NCBI GenBank assembly: GCA_964016885.1
Contig: OZ024746.1
Span: 79,360,001 to 79,424,000, forward strand
Source of the DNA: Eledone cirrhosa
Lineage: Eukaryota
Reading direction: 5' to 3'
DNA: 64,000 nt
The notes under the pieces are model-generated. The model was given only the letters and a program-made list of their open reading frames with translations. It did not search any database and was not told where the DNA came from. Both the position numbers and the translations under genes were made by a program. Below are positions 14,004 through 28,430 of this stretch, in pieces (the first letter of the stretch is position 1; the number at the start of each line of letters is the position of its first letter).

Positions 14004-14590
14004 AAACGGAAAAAAATGAAACGAAATTTCATTTCCCACTCTTAGTACGGATGTTACTTAAATATAAGCATGTACACGTACATACATATATGTATACAGA
14101 CGTACAGTAGTATGTATATATATATACATACATGCACACATATATATATATATATGTACGTATGGATTCACCGAACATTTATTATAATGCTCGGTGTGTT
14201 TGTAAACAAACATCCCGTATTAAGCCGTAGTGTCTAGCAACCATCGTTGCTCATTTGTTCAACACTGACAAAGGAACGCTGTACTAGTTTCAAGCTTGTT
14301 AGCTATCGTCAGCAACGTATACCTTACTGCCAGATTGTTGAACGTATATACTTACCTTATGCATATTAACGGCTGAGTAGCCCAATTTGCATATCGAGTG
14401 GGTTAATCGGCCGGGTGCACCGAAAACGATAAACGGAAAAAATGAAACGAAATTTCATTTCCCACTCTTAGTACGGCTGTTACTTAAATATAAGTATGTA
14501 CACGTACATACATATATGTATACAGACGTACAGTAGTATGTATATATATATATACATACAAGCACACATATATATATATATGTACGTGTA
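14004..14590 (-). mobile_element. Family B: 427-bp non-coding hammerhead unit in partial tandem (retrozyme/pLTR-like)
   Basis: aaacggaaaaaatgaaacgaaatttcatttcccactcttagtacgg at 14004 and 14431, (TA)n flanks, homologues at 24590-25305 and 50665-50905. Confidence 0.75.
14277..14317 (-). ncRNA. Minimal type-I hammerhead ribozyme
   Basis: CGTTG CTGACGA tAGCT-aaca-AGCTt GAAA CTAG TA CAGCG. Confidence 0.85.
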
Positions 14591-14600
14591 TATATATATA

Positions 14601-14792
<192 letters not shown>

Positions 14793-15071
14793 TATAAAGT
14801 ATGTCCATAGAATCATTTGATAATATATATACACCATTTCCTCTCCCAATTATCATAATCAACCACACAAAAAGTCAATTAAACCAGGCTATAAGATGAA
14901 GAAATAGTAGATAAATAAACGACAGCAATTTATTCGGTATCAACCGCTATAGAATATTTACCCAACATTTCAATAGCACGTGGAAATCGATTAAATATAC
15001 CTTCAACCATACACAATTAGGTATACAATTAAAGTTAGAAGAAAAAATGCATATACACATACCAGGATTGC

Positions 15072-15152
15072 GTTTCTACCCTTAGGGTTTCGTTCGCTTT
15101 CGGAAATATCCTATCAAGGATAAAATCTCGAGCTTCGAACTCATCAGGAAAC
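15072..15152 (-). ncRNA. Type-I hammerhead ribozyme with extended stem II
   Basis: GTTTC CTGATGA GTTCG...CGAAC GAAA CCC-taa-GGG TA GAAAC. All three stems pair. Confidence 0.85.
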
Positions 15153-15189
15153 AAACTCACTTGGACAAAGATTTTTCTTAAATGATCCC

Positions 15190-15250
15190 CGCCAAAATGG
15201 CTAAGAACTGTGACGTGGCAGTGGTCAAGTCAGAAAGAATGTGATTGGTG
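15190..15250 (-). promoter_or_regulatory. Candidate internal Pol II promoter of unit J
   Basis: On the ribozyme strand: CCAAT (15244-15248), CACGTCA CRE-like (15211-15217) and GCCATTTT YY1-like (15194-15201), upstream of the hammerhead. Motif matches only. Confidence 0.35.
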
Positions 15251-15614
15251 GCTTACGGCGAGTGGGATGGTTGCTAGAAAGCGCAACCCAATATTGCCCA
15301 AATTGCATCTCAACCATATGGGAGATTATCAAATATAAAGATTTACATATACGCAAACTAGATAAAGTCACAGATATATATGTTTTGGCAACCATTCACG
15401 ATGTGGCTCAATGATGAATTAATAAATTAAATAATCAGAGCAATATACTATAAAGTATGTCCATAGAATCATTTAATAATATATATACACCATTTACTCT
15501 CCCAATTAGCATAATCAACCACACAAAAAATCAATTAAACCAGACTATAAGATTAAAAGGCACCTATGAAGAAATAGTAGATAAATAAACGACAGCAATA
15601 TATATATATATAAA

Positions 15615-15680
15615 TGAGAAAAGTGTGAGGGCCCCGACGGCTGAACTCCAACCGTTTCAACAGCTAGATCTGACACAGTA
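15615..15680 (-). mobile_element. Family A fragment, divergent
   Basis: gccccgacggctgaactccaaccgtttcaacagcta between TA tracts. Confidence 0.6.
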
Positions 15681-15685
15681 TCCCA

Positions 15686-15754
<69 letters not shown>

Positions 15755-15761
<7 letters not shown>

Positions 15762-16132
15762 GACGTAAAATAAGAAAATTATAAAAATCAACTTACTTAC
15801 TAAAATTTCACTCCAACTAATTAGTTTCTGAAAGGGAATAAACATGGTTTCCTAAAAAACGCACGGAGAAATCCTTTCGTCATCAGGGAAGTCTATTCTC
15901 AGCTAAGTTGAGAATAGTTGATAACTTAGCTGAGAATAGACTTCCCTGATGACCAAAGGATTTCTCCGTACGTTTCTTCGGAAACCATGTTTATTCCCTT
16001 TCAGAAACTAATTTGTTGCAGTGAAATTTTAGTAAGTAAGTTAATTTTTATAATTTTCTTATTTTACGCCTTTCATATTATTGTTCTGCATCACCTTGCA
16101 TTGAACCACAAAGTTACTAAGACAAAACCGAT
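15755..16132 (+). mobile_element. Palindromic PLE-like remnant (family E) with a hammerhead-like core in each arm
   Basis: Arms about 15755-15909 and 15923-16078 plus a tail. CTGATGA at 15946 and GAAACCATGTT at 15981. Stem I pairing is imperfect. Confidence 0.7.
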
Positions 16133-16189
16133 ATATTTGCTAGCATAGTTATGAATCTGTATATATATATGTTAGTAGATAAACTAATT

Positions 16190-16239
<50 letters not shown>

Positions 16240-16878
16240 TCATATACATACATATATACGTGAAAATATAATTTTATAATTTTATGTATATACTGTATAT
16301 ACTATATATATATATATATGAATACGTACATATATATATGAATACATGTGTGTTTGCATGTGTATGTTTGTGTATATATGCTATTTTACACCAACTATGT
16401 TTCTTTGACGAAAGTCTAGATATTTCCATCTTTCCAGCGTTAGCCTGTTGCACATTTATGGTACCTTTGTCGGTTCGTTTTATGTAACCTTTTACATATA
16501 TATATGAGGGGTGGAGGTATCGCTTAGGTGCTTGTGTATGAGTGTGAGTGTGTTTGTTAATCTCGATATCAGAAACTTCATTTCTGTCAAACGAACGATG
16601 ATTCATAACACTTGCCAAAAGATGAACAGAGAAAGAAGTAAAATAGTTTTATTTACATATCACAACACTGACATTCAGAATTACTATATCTATACACCAC
16701 ACATACATACACACACGTACGAAGCCATACAAAGACACACCCAGAAACAATTATGTATGTATGCATGTATTTATGTATTTGTATATATGTATATATGTAT
16801 TGCATATGCATATATCCTTATACTGTACCGATTGTGTTGTTATTTCTGTTTACCTTTTACACACACACACACACACGC

Positions 16879-16952
<74 letters not shown>

Positions 16953-17048
16953 GTGTGTGTGTGTACATATATCTATCTATATCTATATCTCTCTCTCTAT
17001 ATATATACTCCCCCCATATATATATAAACGTATATGCATATATATAAG

Positions 17049-17100
<52 letters not shown>

Positions 17101-17608
17101 CACACACAAACACTCATATATATATATATATATCAGGTTTATATACGTTTACTGGTGGTAACCTCTAAGGCCACTGGCAAAACATTTATTATTCGGAACA
17201 AATTTCAAAATAGCAATCTTTTACATTCTGTCAACAACACAACTAGAGGGGATGAGTGAAAACAAGATTTAGAAAGAGTGCAAGAAAGAGAGAAAGAGAT
17301 AGATGAAGGTAAATAGATAGATAAAGAGGGCAAGATGGAGAAGAAGACAGATAGATGTAGAGAAAGCAAATGAGAAATGTATAACAAGACAAACACAAAA
17401 AAAAAAACCAGAAGGAAAGGAAAGAATCTTGGAAAACCAAATGATAGAACATCAATCTAAAACTTCTTTAACTATTACAAACATTCTCCTTCACTTGACA
17501 AAATTTTCCTTAAAGTTGAAGTCAGCGGAAAAAAACAAACATATGCTATCATTTATTGTAACAACACACTCACAAACTTACAAACACAAATACTCAGGCA
17601 TACACACG

Positions 17609-17683
<75 letters not shown>

Positions 17684-18230
17684 AGACACACACACACACA
17701 CACACACGTACACACACACACACGTACACACACACACACGCGGCACGACACGACACGACGCGTCTCGACACGCACACATAACAGATACAACCACACAAGT
17801 AGCATTCGCAACCACATCATCGACAGCGGCAATAGCAAAAGCAAACAAAAGCACTAGCAGGTACAAAACTACCACCACCACCTCCACCACCACCTCCACC
17901 ACCACCTCCACCACCACCACCACCACCACCAACAGCAATAATAATAACAGTAACATCAACTAGAATGAAAAAACAAAGCATACAGCAATAATCACAACAT
18001 TAACACACCCTCCCAAACGAAATCCCTCCACACCACCCACCTCAATGCAAAAAAGCAACAACAAAAAAGCAAAAAATAAAGAAATAAACTAATAGTGCAA
18101 ATGCAAGAAAGCAAAAGAGAAATTTACTTCTTTATTTCTTCTGTAAGTGTGAAATATCTTATAAGCGCCGATAGCATTGAGGGGGAAAATATTGCGAAGA
18201 ATTAGGGAAAGGTGTTGCCAAGAAGAGACA

Positions 18231-18281
<51 letters not shown>

Positions 18282-19308
18282 CTACTACTTAATAATAATA
18301 ATTCAACAAGGAGGTAAAAAAACCCCCCACAAAAAATAAACGATTAAACAAACAAAAACTATATATGTGTCTACTATAGAAAACGTGTTAGCATTGCCGC
18401 TTAACGAATTTCACACCTAAATTGAGCCATCAGCACTCTTGCCATTCAATTTTCGCGTACCCACGGGTAGTATTCTACTCATGACATTATTTATGGAAAC
18501 AGCAATTGCCTTTTTTTTTCCATCATAGATTAACGATTAGACACATAGACTGTCTACTCTAGGATAAAAAAAAAAGTTTTAAAAAATCGAAGAAAAAAGA
18601 AATTATCCCAACTTCTCCATCGGTATCATAAACGATGGAAACATTGGTAAAAAAATAATAATAAGGAAATATAAAATCAATGTTTGAAATGAACTACAAG
18701 ACATTGGAAGTTCTAGTCGTTTCTGATAAAGGTCTTTACCCCCAGTTCATCCCTGAACAATCAGACCTATCATCAAAGCTATTTCAGCCATACTCATCCC
18801 GTTTTTTTTCAGGGAATCCATAATAAGATTATTCAAGGTATCTATCTCTTTTATTGGACGATAAATCGTATACAGTTACAGAATAGAATATAGTAAACTA
18901 AAGCCCATAGAATCATAAATTAGGGTCAAAGAAGTGATAAAAGACTAATTCAATTACAAATACACATACACACATATATTTATACACAAAATGAAAAGAA
19001 AAAAATAATTTTCATCTCACACCTATGCCGGTTTAACTGTGCTCAAAAAAGGTTGTATAACATAGGAGGTATCCGGTCAGGAAAAGCAATGTGAAATGAA
19101 ACATCTTGCCCAAAATGACAGAAAATAATTGTTGTAACAGTCGATCACTATCGATAATAATTGAGCAAATATTTACTTAGAGAGGGGGACATGTGAAAAG
19201 AGATGCTTCTAAGGATAAATTATCTAATTTTCTCAACTACTTTCTCGTGATCGACATTTAATCTAATTATTGTTTACATTTAGGACTCCCCCATCATTTC
19301 AAATTTCC

Positions 19309-19355
<47 letters not shown>

Positions 19356-19387
19356 TAAAAGATCGGAGGCCATATACATATATATAT

Positions 19388-19676
19388 ATATTATAAAGAA
19401 AACGAAAAATCAGTGATGCATCTAGACTTAGTTTATTTCGTGTTACAAATGTTTCGCCGGCATGTAGCTCGAGTCATGGTCCATACAAGGACCATGACTC
19501 GAGCTACATGCCGGCGAAACATTTGTAAGACGAAATAAACTAAGTCTAGATGTATCACTGATTTTTCGTTTTCTTTATAATATCTACACTCTACTCTGAT
19601 GAATAGCGAGTGCTAATTTTGGCATACCGCATATGGAAGCACCATAGCTACTACTATACACAACTATATATATATA
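19388..19676 (+). mobile_element. Palindromic PLE-like remnant (family H) with hammerhead 3' halves
   Basis: Arms 19388-19482 and 19489-19583, a 6-nt loop and a 90-nt tail. GAAA CATTTG TA in both arms. (TA)n flanks. Confidence 0.7.
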
Positions 19677-19727
19677 TATGTATATATATGTATGTATATA
19701 TATATGAATATATATATACATACATAC

Positions 19728-19800
<73 letters not shown>

Positions 19801-20009
19801 CATATATATACATCTATACACTCGTTCTTCCTCACTTTTGTTTACACTTTCGCTGTCCCCTTTATTTACGTGTCCCAACGACTTTTTTTAGCCGTTGCTC
19901 ACACCAACCGGAGGTATATGGTCTTTAAAGCGATGAAATACCAATGATGGTTGAAAGATCACTGATGAAGGACTAACTTTATTCATATATATATATATAT
20001 ATATATATA

Positions 20010-21159
20010 GTTTTGCGAGGTTTTTGATATGAAATCGTGTGTCGAAACAAATATTGTTATACTTGGGGAGGGTCATATTTGTGTAATATTGCCAGAATTA
20101 ATAACAGAACACACTCACTGTTTGGTTGGTTTTCGCTTTTCGCTTCTGTGTCTTTTATATCGGTAATCTAATTTATTCGGTCCTCAATGTTGCCATTGAC
20201 CGACCAACGGTCAAAAATACAGATACAATATAGACACAAACACATATATATAGTTTATCAAAGTTCTTTCGTTGCACATCTGCAACCGCCCGTTGCATTG
20301 TATTTTCTACGCCATCTTTATTTAGTCTGTTTATATATTTATTTATTTGTTTATTTTATTTTATCTTCTTTGCGCATGCGTTTGCGTGTGTGTATAGTGT
20401 TTTGTTTGAATTGTGTTCGTGATTGGGTGACTGTGTATTGATTAATGTATTCTATCTTTACCAGTGTGTGTTTATATGTGTTTGTTGTTATTGTGCTTGT
20501 GTATGTATTAATTAATTTATTTATCTATTTATTTATTTATTTATTTATACTTCTCTTAGGTCAGTGTTGTTTGTTTGGGTGTTGTTGTTATTCCATTCAT
20601 TTTTTTCTGTTTAGCCTTGGCCTTCTAAGTTCTATTTCACTGGCCTCTCTGATTTGCCTATCTGCTGAGTCATTTCTATGTTTAGATATTATTCTAATTT
20701 CTATGTTGTCTATGTTGTCTATGTTACCGTCGTGTTGTTGTCTGGCATGTTCGTATAGTACTGAACCGTTTTTTCGTCCCTCTGTACATATTATGCTATA
20801 GACTACGTTTCTAGTTTTACAGTTTATCCGGGGGTTTACCTTACATATGATACATTTCCTATTAGTACAGTCGCTTTTCTTAAAAGGGTAGGTTTTGCTG
20901 ATCAGGGATTTTATGGTGGTTCCTGGCTTTTCTACCACCTTAATCTTTAAGTGGGTCTTTCTCAGGGCCTTTCTACACTGTTTGGCTAATTTCCCTCCAG
21001 GGGTAGCGTCCACAAACATGACACTCTGGTATCTCTGGTTGTCGTACCATGAGGTGGCTTTCCCTATCTTATGTCTAGCCCTATCTAAGCTATTCCAACC
21101 AAACAGTGAGTGTGTTCTGTTATTAATTCTGGCAATATTACACAAATATGACCCTCCCC
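20010..21159 (-). mobile_element. 5'-truncated Neptune-like Penelope-like element with inverted partial pLTR
   Basis: ORF remnant plus 3' UTR. 21095-21159 is the inverted copy of 20065-20129. Both ends lie in (TA)n. The hammerhead 3' half GCAAC GAAA GAAC TT is at about 20257-20290. Confidence 0.85.
20597..21094 (-). pseudogene. PLE ORF C-terminus: Cys-rich linker plus GIY-YIG endonuclease, internally deleted
   Basis: MFVDATPGGKL..KIKVVEKPG..CTNRKCIIC..CKTRNVVYSIIC..RQIREASEI..LNRK. The YIGET...R segment is missing. Confidence 0.8.
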
Positions 21160-21229
<70 letters not shown>

Positions 21230-21469
21230 GTGCATTATGTGCATAGAAAATTCTTGATACAAATACACAAATATATATTGGTGTGCCAATGTATGAATTG
21301 TAATATATATAAGATAAATGTGTATGTTTGTTTATACCTGTATTATGTATACATACATGTATTATACACATATTCATTATATACATATAGAAGAAACAAT
21401 TATATACATATAGATGTATGTCCATGTATATATATATATATATATGTATGGTATGTACATATATATATT

Positions 21470-21526
<57 letters not shown>

Positions 21527-21689
21527 CTTTGGTTTTAAACTTCAAATTTATTATTATTACTATATATATATATATGTATGTATATATATATGTATATATA
21601 TATATGTGTATATATATGTATATATGTATATATATGTATGTATATGTATATATATATGTATGTATATGTATATATATATGTATGTATAT

Positions 21690-21790
<101 letters not shown>

Positions 21791-22207
21791 TGAGCGCCTC
21801 GGTGTATTTGTTTGTCTATATAACCATCTATCCATCTTTGAATATCTCTCTATAACGTGTGTTCTCTTTATCTTTCCAAATATCCACCTACACATCTACC
21901 TAATTTTTGCATATATAATGATTCAAAGAAGATATTGAATTAGGTGCTGTTTTCTTTTTGTTTGTTTTCCTTTTCTTTTTAACATGTGATAAAATACTTT
22001 CGTTATTCAGCTAACTACATTTGCCATTCAACTTACAATGATAGCAATATTCAGGTGAGGTAGAAGATGTGAATGGGGACATATCACCAGCAGATACTGT
22101 AGTGATGATATAGTGGATGTAAGATGATATTAGATAAAAGATAGAAATGAAAAAAGAATAGAACTTAATGAAGCTAAACTTAGAATGGCTCCAGTGTAAT
22201 TAAACAT

Positions 22208-22338
<131 letters not shown>

Positions 22339-22427
22339 GTATATGTATATGTATTTATTATGTTTATATATAATCATATAAAGAATATCGTTTTCAAATA
22401 TATATAGATATATATTTATATATATAT

Positions 22428-22494
<67 letters not shown>

Positions 22495-22638
22495 ACAGAC
22501 CAGAAAGAGAGAGAGAGAGAGATTTCCTTTTGTTACGGTCCCATGATCAAGTGGTATAGGCTGCGTCCTATTTTTTTTTTTCATTACATTTCGTTCTACA
22601 TATTTGTTTTTATGGTAAGCAAATATTTGTCTATGATA

Positions 22639-22726
<88 letters not shown>

Positions 22727-22810
22727 TATGTCTGTATGTGTGTGTGTGTATATATACATAATATATATATATAAATGTGTACATACATACATTTACACAC
22801 ACACGCACGC

Positions 22811-22924
<114 letters not shown>

Positions 22925-22952
22925 ATATATGTATGTATATATGTATATATAC

Positions 22953-23020
<68 letters not shown>

Positions 23021-23216
23021 TCGTGAGTAAAATATAGTGTGTAACATTGTTTAATATGATTCAAAGTAGTTAGCTTTTCTGAATTTATTATACATAAACT
23101 TTGTCGGATAAATATTCACATACGTATACATGTATATATACATAGATATGCATATACATTATATCCTCAAAGCCATATATATACATACATCAGTTTAAAA
23201 ATACATACGTATTTGC

Positions 23217-23339
<123 letters not shown>

Positions 23340-23342
23340 GTG

Positions 23343-23453
<111 letters not shown>

Positions 23454-23506
23454 TCATATATATATATATATATATATATTCACATATATATATACATATA
23501 TATATA

Positions 23507-23606
<100 letters not shown>

Positions 23607-24170
23607 TATATATATATATATATGTACGTACACTTTATACTTGCATGCATACATACATATACACACAGAGATGCATACATAGATACATGCATACATACAT
23701 GTTGTATATGAGTATATTCATCTATCACTGCTCACCACGCCACCCCTCTACTCTTCCCTGGGCCCGAAATAATAGGTTACTGAAATATCGAATTATATTT
23801 TAGAAAGAAAGAGAAAATGGCGCCAAAGTCTTGCTATTCCTCCGTTTGTTATTACACGACCACAAAAACCTAATTTGTATCTTTAATCACGCTTTATTCG
23901 CTTCACTTTTTGCCTCTATAAACTTTATACTGCTGATTTTATTAGCAAAATAAATCTATAAATGAGTTGCATTTATCTCCACTATTTACTGCCGCTGTCT
24001 GTTAAATATGATATTACATAGTTCAAAATTTTTCATCTAATTTACTCATGTGTCTTCTCTTTTCTTGTGTGTGATTTTTTTTCTTCATTTCATTTACTGT
24101 TTAGCCTTCCTGTTGGCTTTGTTTTTGATACGCCTAAATACATACATACATACATACATACATACATACA

Positions 24171-24269
<99 letters not shown>

Positions 24270-24286
24270 ATATATATAAACATATA

Positions 24287-24344
<58 letters not shown>

Positions 24345-24384
24345 AACATAAATATGTATATATATATATATATGTATATATATA

Positions 24385-24592
24385 GTGAAAAATTGAACGG
24401 GAACAAAACAGAGAGGCAGTACGAACAAAGGTTTATTAGTCTCACGTTCTTGAGAGTGGGGTGGTGGTGGGGAACGACGTTTCGGGCATAAGCCCTTCTT
24501 CAGGCCAAAAGTGTGTGGGAAGAGAGTTCCAAGGGTGTGTAGGGGAGTGGTGGAGAGACATTTAGAAAAAAGGGGGTGAAAGGAAACGGTAC
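24385..24592 (-). mobile_element. PLE pLTR-like 3' fragment in (TA)n
   Basis: GC-richer insert with a hammerhead followed by AATAAA (tttatt at 24432). Confidence 0.7.
24473..24506 (-). ncRNA. Minimal type-I hammerhead ribozyme
   Basis: GGC CTGAAGA aGGGC-ttat-GCCC GAAA CG TC GTT, the typical PLE minimal form with a GUC site. Confidence 0.85.
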
Positions 24593-25301
24593 ACACATAT
24601 ATATATATATATATATAAACATATATATGTATATATACGTATATATATATATATAAGTATGTATACGTACATACATATATGTATACAGACGTACAGTAGT
24701 ATGTATATACACACATACATGCACACATATATATATATGTACGTATCGGTTTACCGAACATTTATTATAATGCTCGGTTTGTTTGTAAACAAACAGCCCG
24801 AATTGTTAGCCGTACAGTGTTCGGCAACCATCGTTGCCATTTTGTTCAACACTGACAAAGGAACGATGAACTAGTTTCTAGCTTATTAGCTGTCATCAGC
24901 ACCGTAACTCACTCGATATGCAAATTAGTCTGCTCAGCCGTTAATATGCATAAGGAAAGTATATACTTTCAAACGTTCAATCATCTGACAGGAAGGTATA
25001 CGGTGCTGATAAGCTAGAGACTAGTTCATCGTTCCTTTGTCAGTGTTGAACAAAATGGCAACGATGGCTGCTGAACACTGTACGGCTAATAATTCGGGCT
25101 GTTTGTTTACAAACAAACCGAGCATTATAATAAATGTTCGGTAAACCCATACGTATACATATATATATATACATATGTGTGCATGTATGTATGTATATAC
25201 ATCACTAGTGTACGTCTGTATACATATATGTATGTACGTATACATATTTATATTTAAGTATCAGCCGTACTAAGAGTGAGAAATGAAATTTCATTTTTTC
25301 C

Positions 25302-25305
<4 letters not shown>
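24590..25305. mobile_element. Family B head-to-head inverted pair
   Basis: The left arm (minus) ends at about 24906, just past hammerhead stem I. The right arm (plus) spans 24905-25305 and has a deleted ribozyme copy at about 25001-25031. Confidence 0.8.
24864..24904 (-). ncRNA. Minimal type-I hammerhead ribozyme
   Basis: CGGTG CTGATGA cAGCT-aata-AGCTa GAAA CTAG TT CATCG. The stem I change versus the 14277 copy preserves pairing. Confidence 0.85.
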
Positions 25306-25364
<59 letters not shown>

Positions 25365-25743
25365 CAAGATGTATATATATTATATATATATATGTGTGTG
25401 TGTATGTAAAAAACATATTTATATATATATATATTTTTTTTTTTTTACATACACACACACACATATATATATATAATATATATACATCTTGTTTTTTAGT
25501 GATATGTTTTATGTTTGGTATTTTTGGATTTAATGAATTGTTTTCAGGCATTTATTTATTTGTTTGTTTATTATTATTGTTTCTTTACAAACAAGATAAA
25601 CTGTTGAAGTTGATATGTGTTGGAGTTGACGCATCTTGACTATCGTTATTACACTGTGGTTTTAGGGCTTAATCCAACGATTGTAAACATCGTTATCGTT
25701 TTTACAATAGCACCATGAACGCAACAAGATGAGCAATAATAAC

Positions 25744-25927
25744 TGTTTCTACTTTTGGCACAAGGCCAGCAATTATCCCAGTGTATTACTGGTACTTTAT
25801 TTTATCCACGCCGTAAGCATGAAAGGCCAAGTTAAACCACGGCGGTATTTGAACTCAAACCGTAAAGGAACGTAACTCTATGTCGCAAAGCATGGCGTTC
25901 AATTCAACCCTCTACTGATACTGCCAA
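25744..25927 (-). mobile_element. tRNA-derived SINE, main family
   Basis: tgtttctacttttggcacaaggccagc...atttgaactca...ccctctactgatactgccaa. Confidence 0.85.
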
Positions 25928-25940
25928 GCTCACACTGAAT

Positions 25941-25991
<51 letters not shown>

Positions 25992-26104
25992 CTCTCTCTC
26001 TCTCCCCCTCTCTCTCTCTCACACACACACATAGACACATGCATTCCCACAATCTATCAAGCACACTCAAAATCATTAACAGTCACAATAATTTTTAATT
26101 TACT

Positions 26105-26290
26105 CCCAAAGCCAGCATATTTGGGTGGCGGGAAAGTTGATTAGACTAGCTTCAATATTTGACTGGTACTTACTTATTTTATCAATGCCAAATGGATGAA
26201 AGGCAAGGCTGGACCCGGTGGGATTTGAACACTGAACGTAAAGGCCCGGAAGAAACACCACAAATCACTGCATCCGACACTCTCCCAATC
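26105..26290 (-). mobile_element. tRNA-derived SINE, divergent
   Basis: ggatgaaaggcaagg...ggatttgaacactgaacgtaaag. Confidence 0.65.
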
Positions 26291-26699
26291 TTCAAGAACA
26301 GTAATGATAACACATTGGCTAAACGCTACATATTTAAAGGTGGAGTATACTGTTGATTCGATGACTAATACTATATAAGAAGTATTGATTTTATCGCCAC
26401 CTCACCCCCTCATCTGTAAAGTCGGTCCCTGAAGGATTTAAATAGAGAAATTACCGTTAATCGGAGGATAAAAACATATTTGACATACGTCTTCCTTAGA
26501 AGGTATTAGGCAAGGAGTTCTCTGGAATAGAGAAAAGTTCAAATTTAGACAATTATTAAATATTTAAAAAATGGCATTCGATCATCAGAAGAAGGGAGGT
26601 AGGGATAAAAGTCAACTCACTATCTTCAATTTGGTGCATGTGCCTGACTTTTACTATAATCATTAATATTGGGTAATTACTGAAAAAATATGATCGTGA

Positions 26700-27157
26700 A
26701 TATAAGTAGTTGAACTGGGGTATCTCCGTAGACTCTTTGAAGTAACATTACTCAATAGAGTGCGTAGTTCGCAGATCAAGGAGTCGCTCCAAGTAGTACC
26801 ACTATTTCTCCGCATCAAAAGATTACAGTTCCGGTACTAGAGATATGTGATTAGAATGTCTACGGAAAGAATCGTTGGGCAGATTTTACGGTTAAAGCCA
26901 GCCCGCAGAAGACTCGAGGTAGACCACAAACAAAATGGTTGAAAAACATCCATAAGCTCGGTTGGCCTCGCATGGGGACCCATCCAGATCATTTAGGGTC
27001 GATTTCTTCTAATATAACCCTCTGGAAGGCGTCTGAAGATTTTGTCCAACGACCCTCTCATAAAGAAGAAGAAGAAGAAGAAGAAGAAGAAGAAGAAGAA
27101 GAAGAAGAAGAAGAAGAAGAAGAAGAAGAAGAAGAAGAAGAAGAAGAAGAAGAAGAA
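26700..27157 (+). mobile_element. RTE-clade LINE 3' fragment with (GAA)n tail
   Basis: Hand translation YLRRLFEVTLLNRVRSSQIKESLQVVPLFLRIKRLQFRY*RYVIRM..RGRPQTKW, followed by a long GAA run. Confidence 0.8.
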
Positions 27158-27389
27158 ATGATTGTCATAGACGCCCGACATCTATGAAAAGATATCGCAG
27201 TTCTTGTGTCCATGGAGCTTTATACAAACTCCAAACAAGTGTTCCTATAATTTATTTGAATAATTACGGCCATTTAAAGTTTATATACGCATATGCTTTC
27301 GAGTAAATAACCCTAAAATATAATGTACTTTTTTGCGATGTCGCCATCACTAACGCACAGCCTGCAATGTATATTTACCCAATTGACCA

Positions 27390-28430
27390 TGTGGGGTGCA
27401 TTTCAGACTTGTTTTAGTACAAGTCTCCTTTAAAAGAACATTTGATAAGCTCTCTCCACAATCTGAAAACTTCTGAAATACTTGCCCAATCTGGCATAAA
27501 ATACTGTAGATGAAAATCCACTGTACGAGTGTGTCTATTTGCGTGTGCGTGTGCTGGTTCGTCCGAATATCTGCTTAGTATTCTAGGCATCGGACATTCT
27601 GTGTAGTGTATCACTGGTATGTAGCAGTTTGTCATTTTGTTCGATACATTTGACAAAAGTGTTTCATTCATGCTTTGTTGTCGGAGCCCAACAGAGAGGT
27701 ATTGTCATACAAGATAACAGCTCATCTCTGGAGTCTCTTGAAAGTGTCATTGTCCACACGCAGCAATTGAAATTGATGGCTAGCCAGACAGAGAAATCTA
27801 TCTGTGACGTTTATATAAGTATGCTACACTTACCAAAATGACACCTTGCTCTGAGCATTGAAGGTATAGGCTTTTTTGTAGCCTGGATGTGTGGAACACA
27901 GGTAATGCTTGTGATCGTGACTCGAACAAGATTGCATAAATGCAGGTAAAACCTGTAAGTTTTGCTTATTCCAAAAGTCAACCTAGATGTCAAAATAAAG
28001 GATGATTCTCAATCACCTCATTGAAGCTGCTGGCCACAATTACTATAATGTTTGTCTACAGTATACTCTTGAATAGGTTTCACTGGCTTTTCTATTACAT
28101 ACAATACGTGTACCTTACATCTGTTATCTCCCTTTGCATGATTATACTTTTGCACAGAGATGTAACAGCATTAGACATAACGTCTCTCTCTGATATGATA
28201 TACACATCTTTGGCTGAATACCTGTGTAATATTAGACGTCAAAAAGGAAACAAACTCCTTTTATTCACTGAGTCATGGAGGAAAGCCATTAAATTGTTAG
28301 GCAATTTGGTCTTTGACGGCATTTTTCTGCGCACGCAATTGCTTTTCACTCTCCGAGCTAAATCTTTCAAATCATTCTTTATGTTATGTGATCATACACA
28401 ACGTCAATGTTGACAGATATTCACCGTAAG
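27390..28430 (-). pseudogene. Decayed remnant of a transposon-associated PIN-like nuclease/CXC-type gene
   Basis: Frameshifted pieces IDVVYD, VRRKMPSKTKLPNNLMAFLHDSVNKRSLF, NHAKGDNR (HEEADTR-like), YTVD..IIVI (TVDTDV-like) and RELIKCS. The family assignment is from memory. Confidence 0.6.

Noticed and set aside
18130-18640. Unique-looking, motif-rich non-coding stretches (also about 2600-3200, 29400-29760 and 51900-52240) as enhancers or UTR exons
   Set aside because: They cannot be supported without cross-species alignment or transcript data.
19596-19620. CTGATGA followed by a TAGC/GCTA hairpin
   Set aside because: No GAAA or stem III follows, so it is not a complete hammerhead.
19960-19985. 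ctgatgaaggac at a TA junction
   Set aside because: At most a 5' half-core, with no 3' half to support it.
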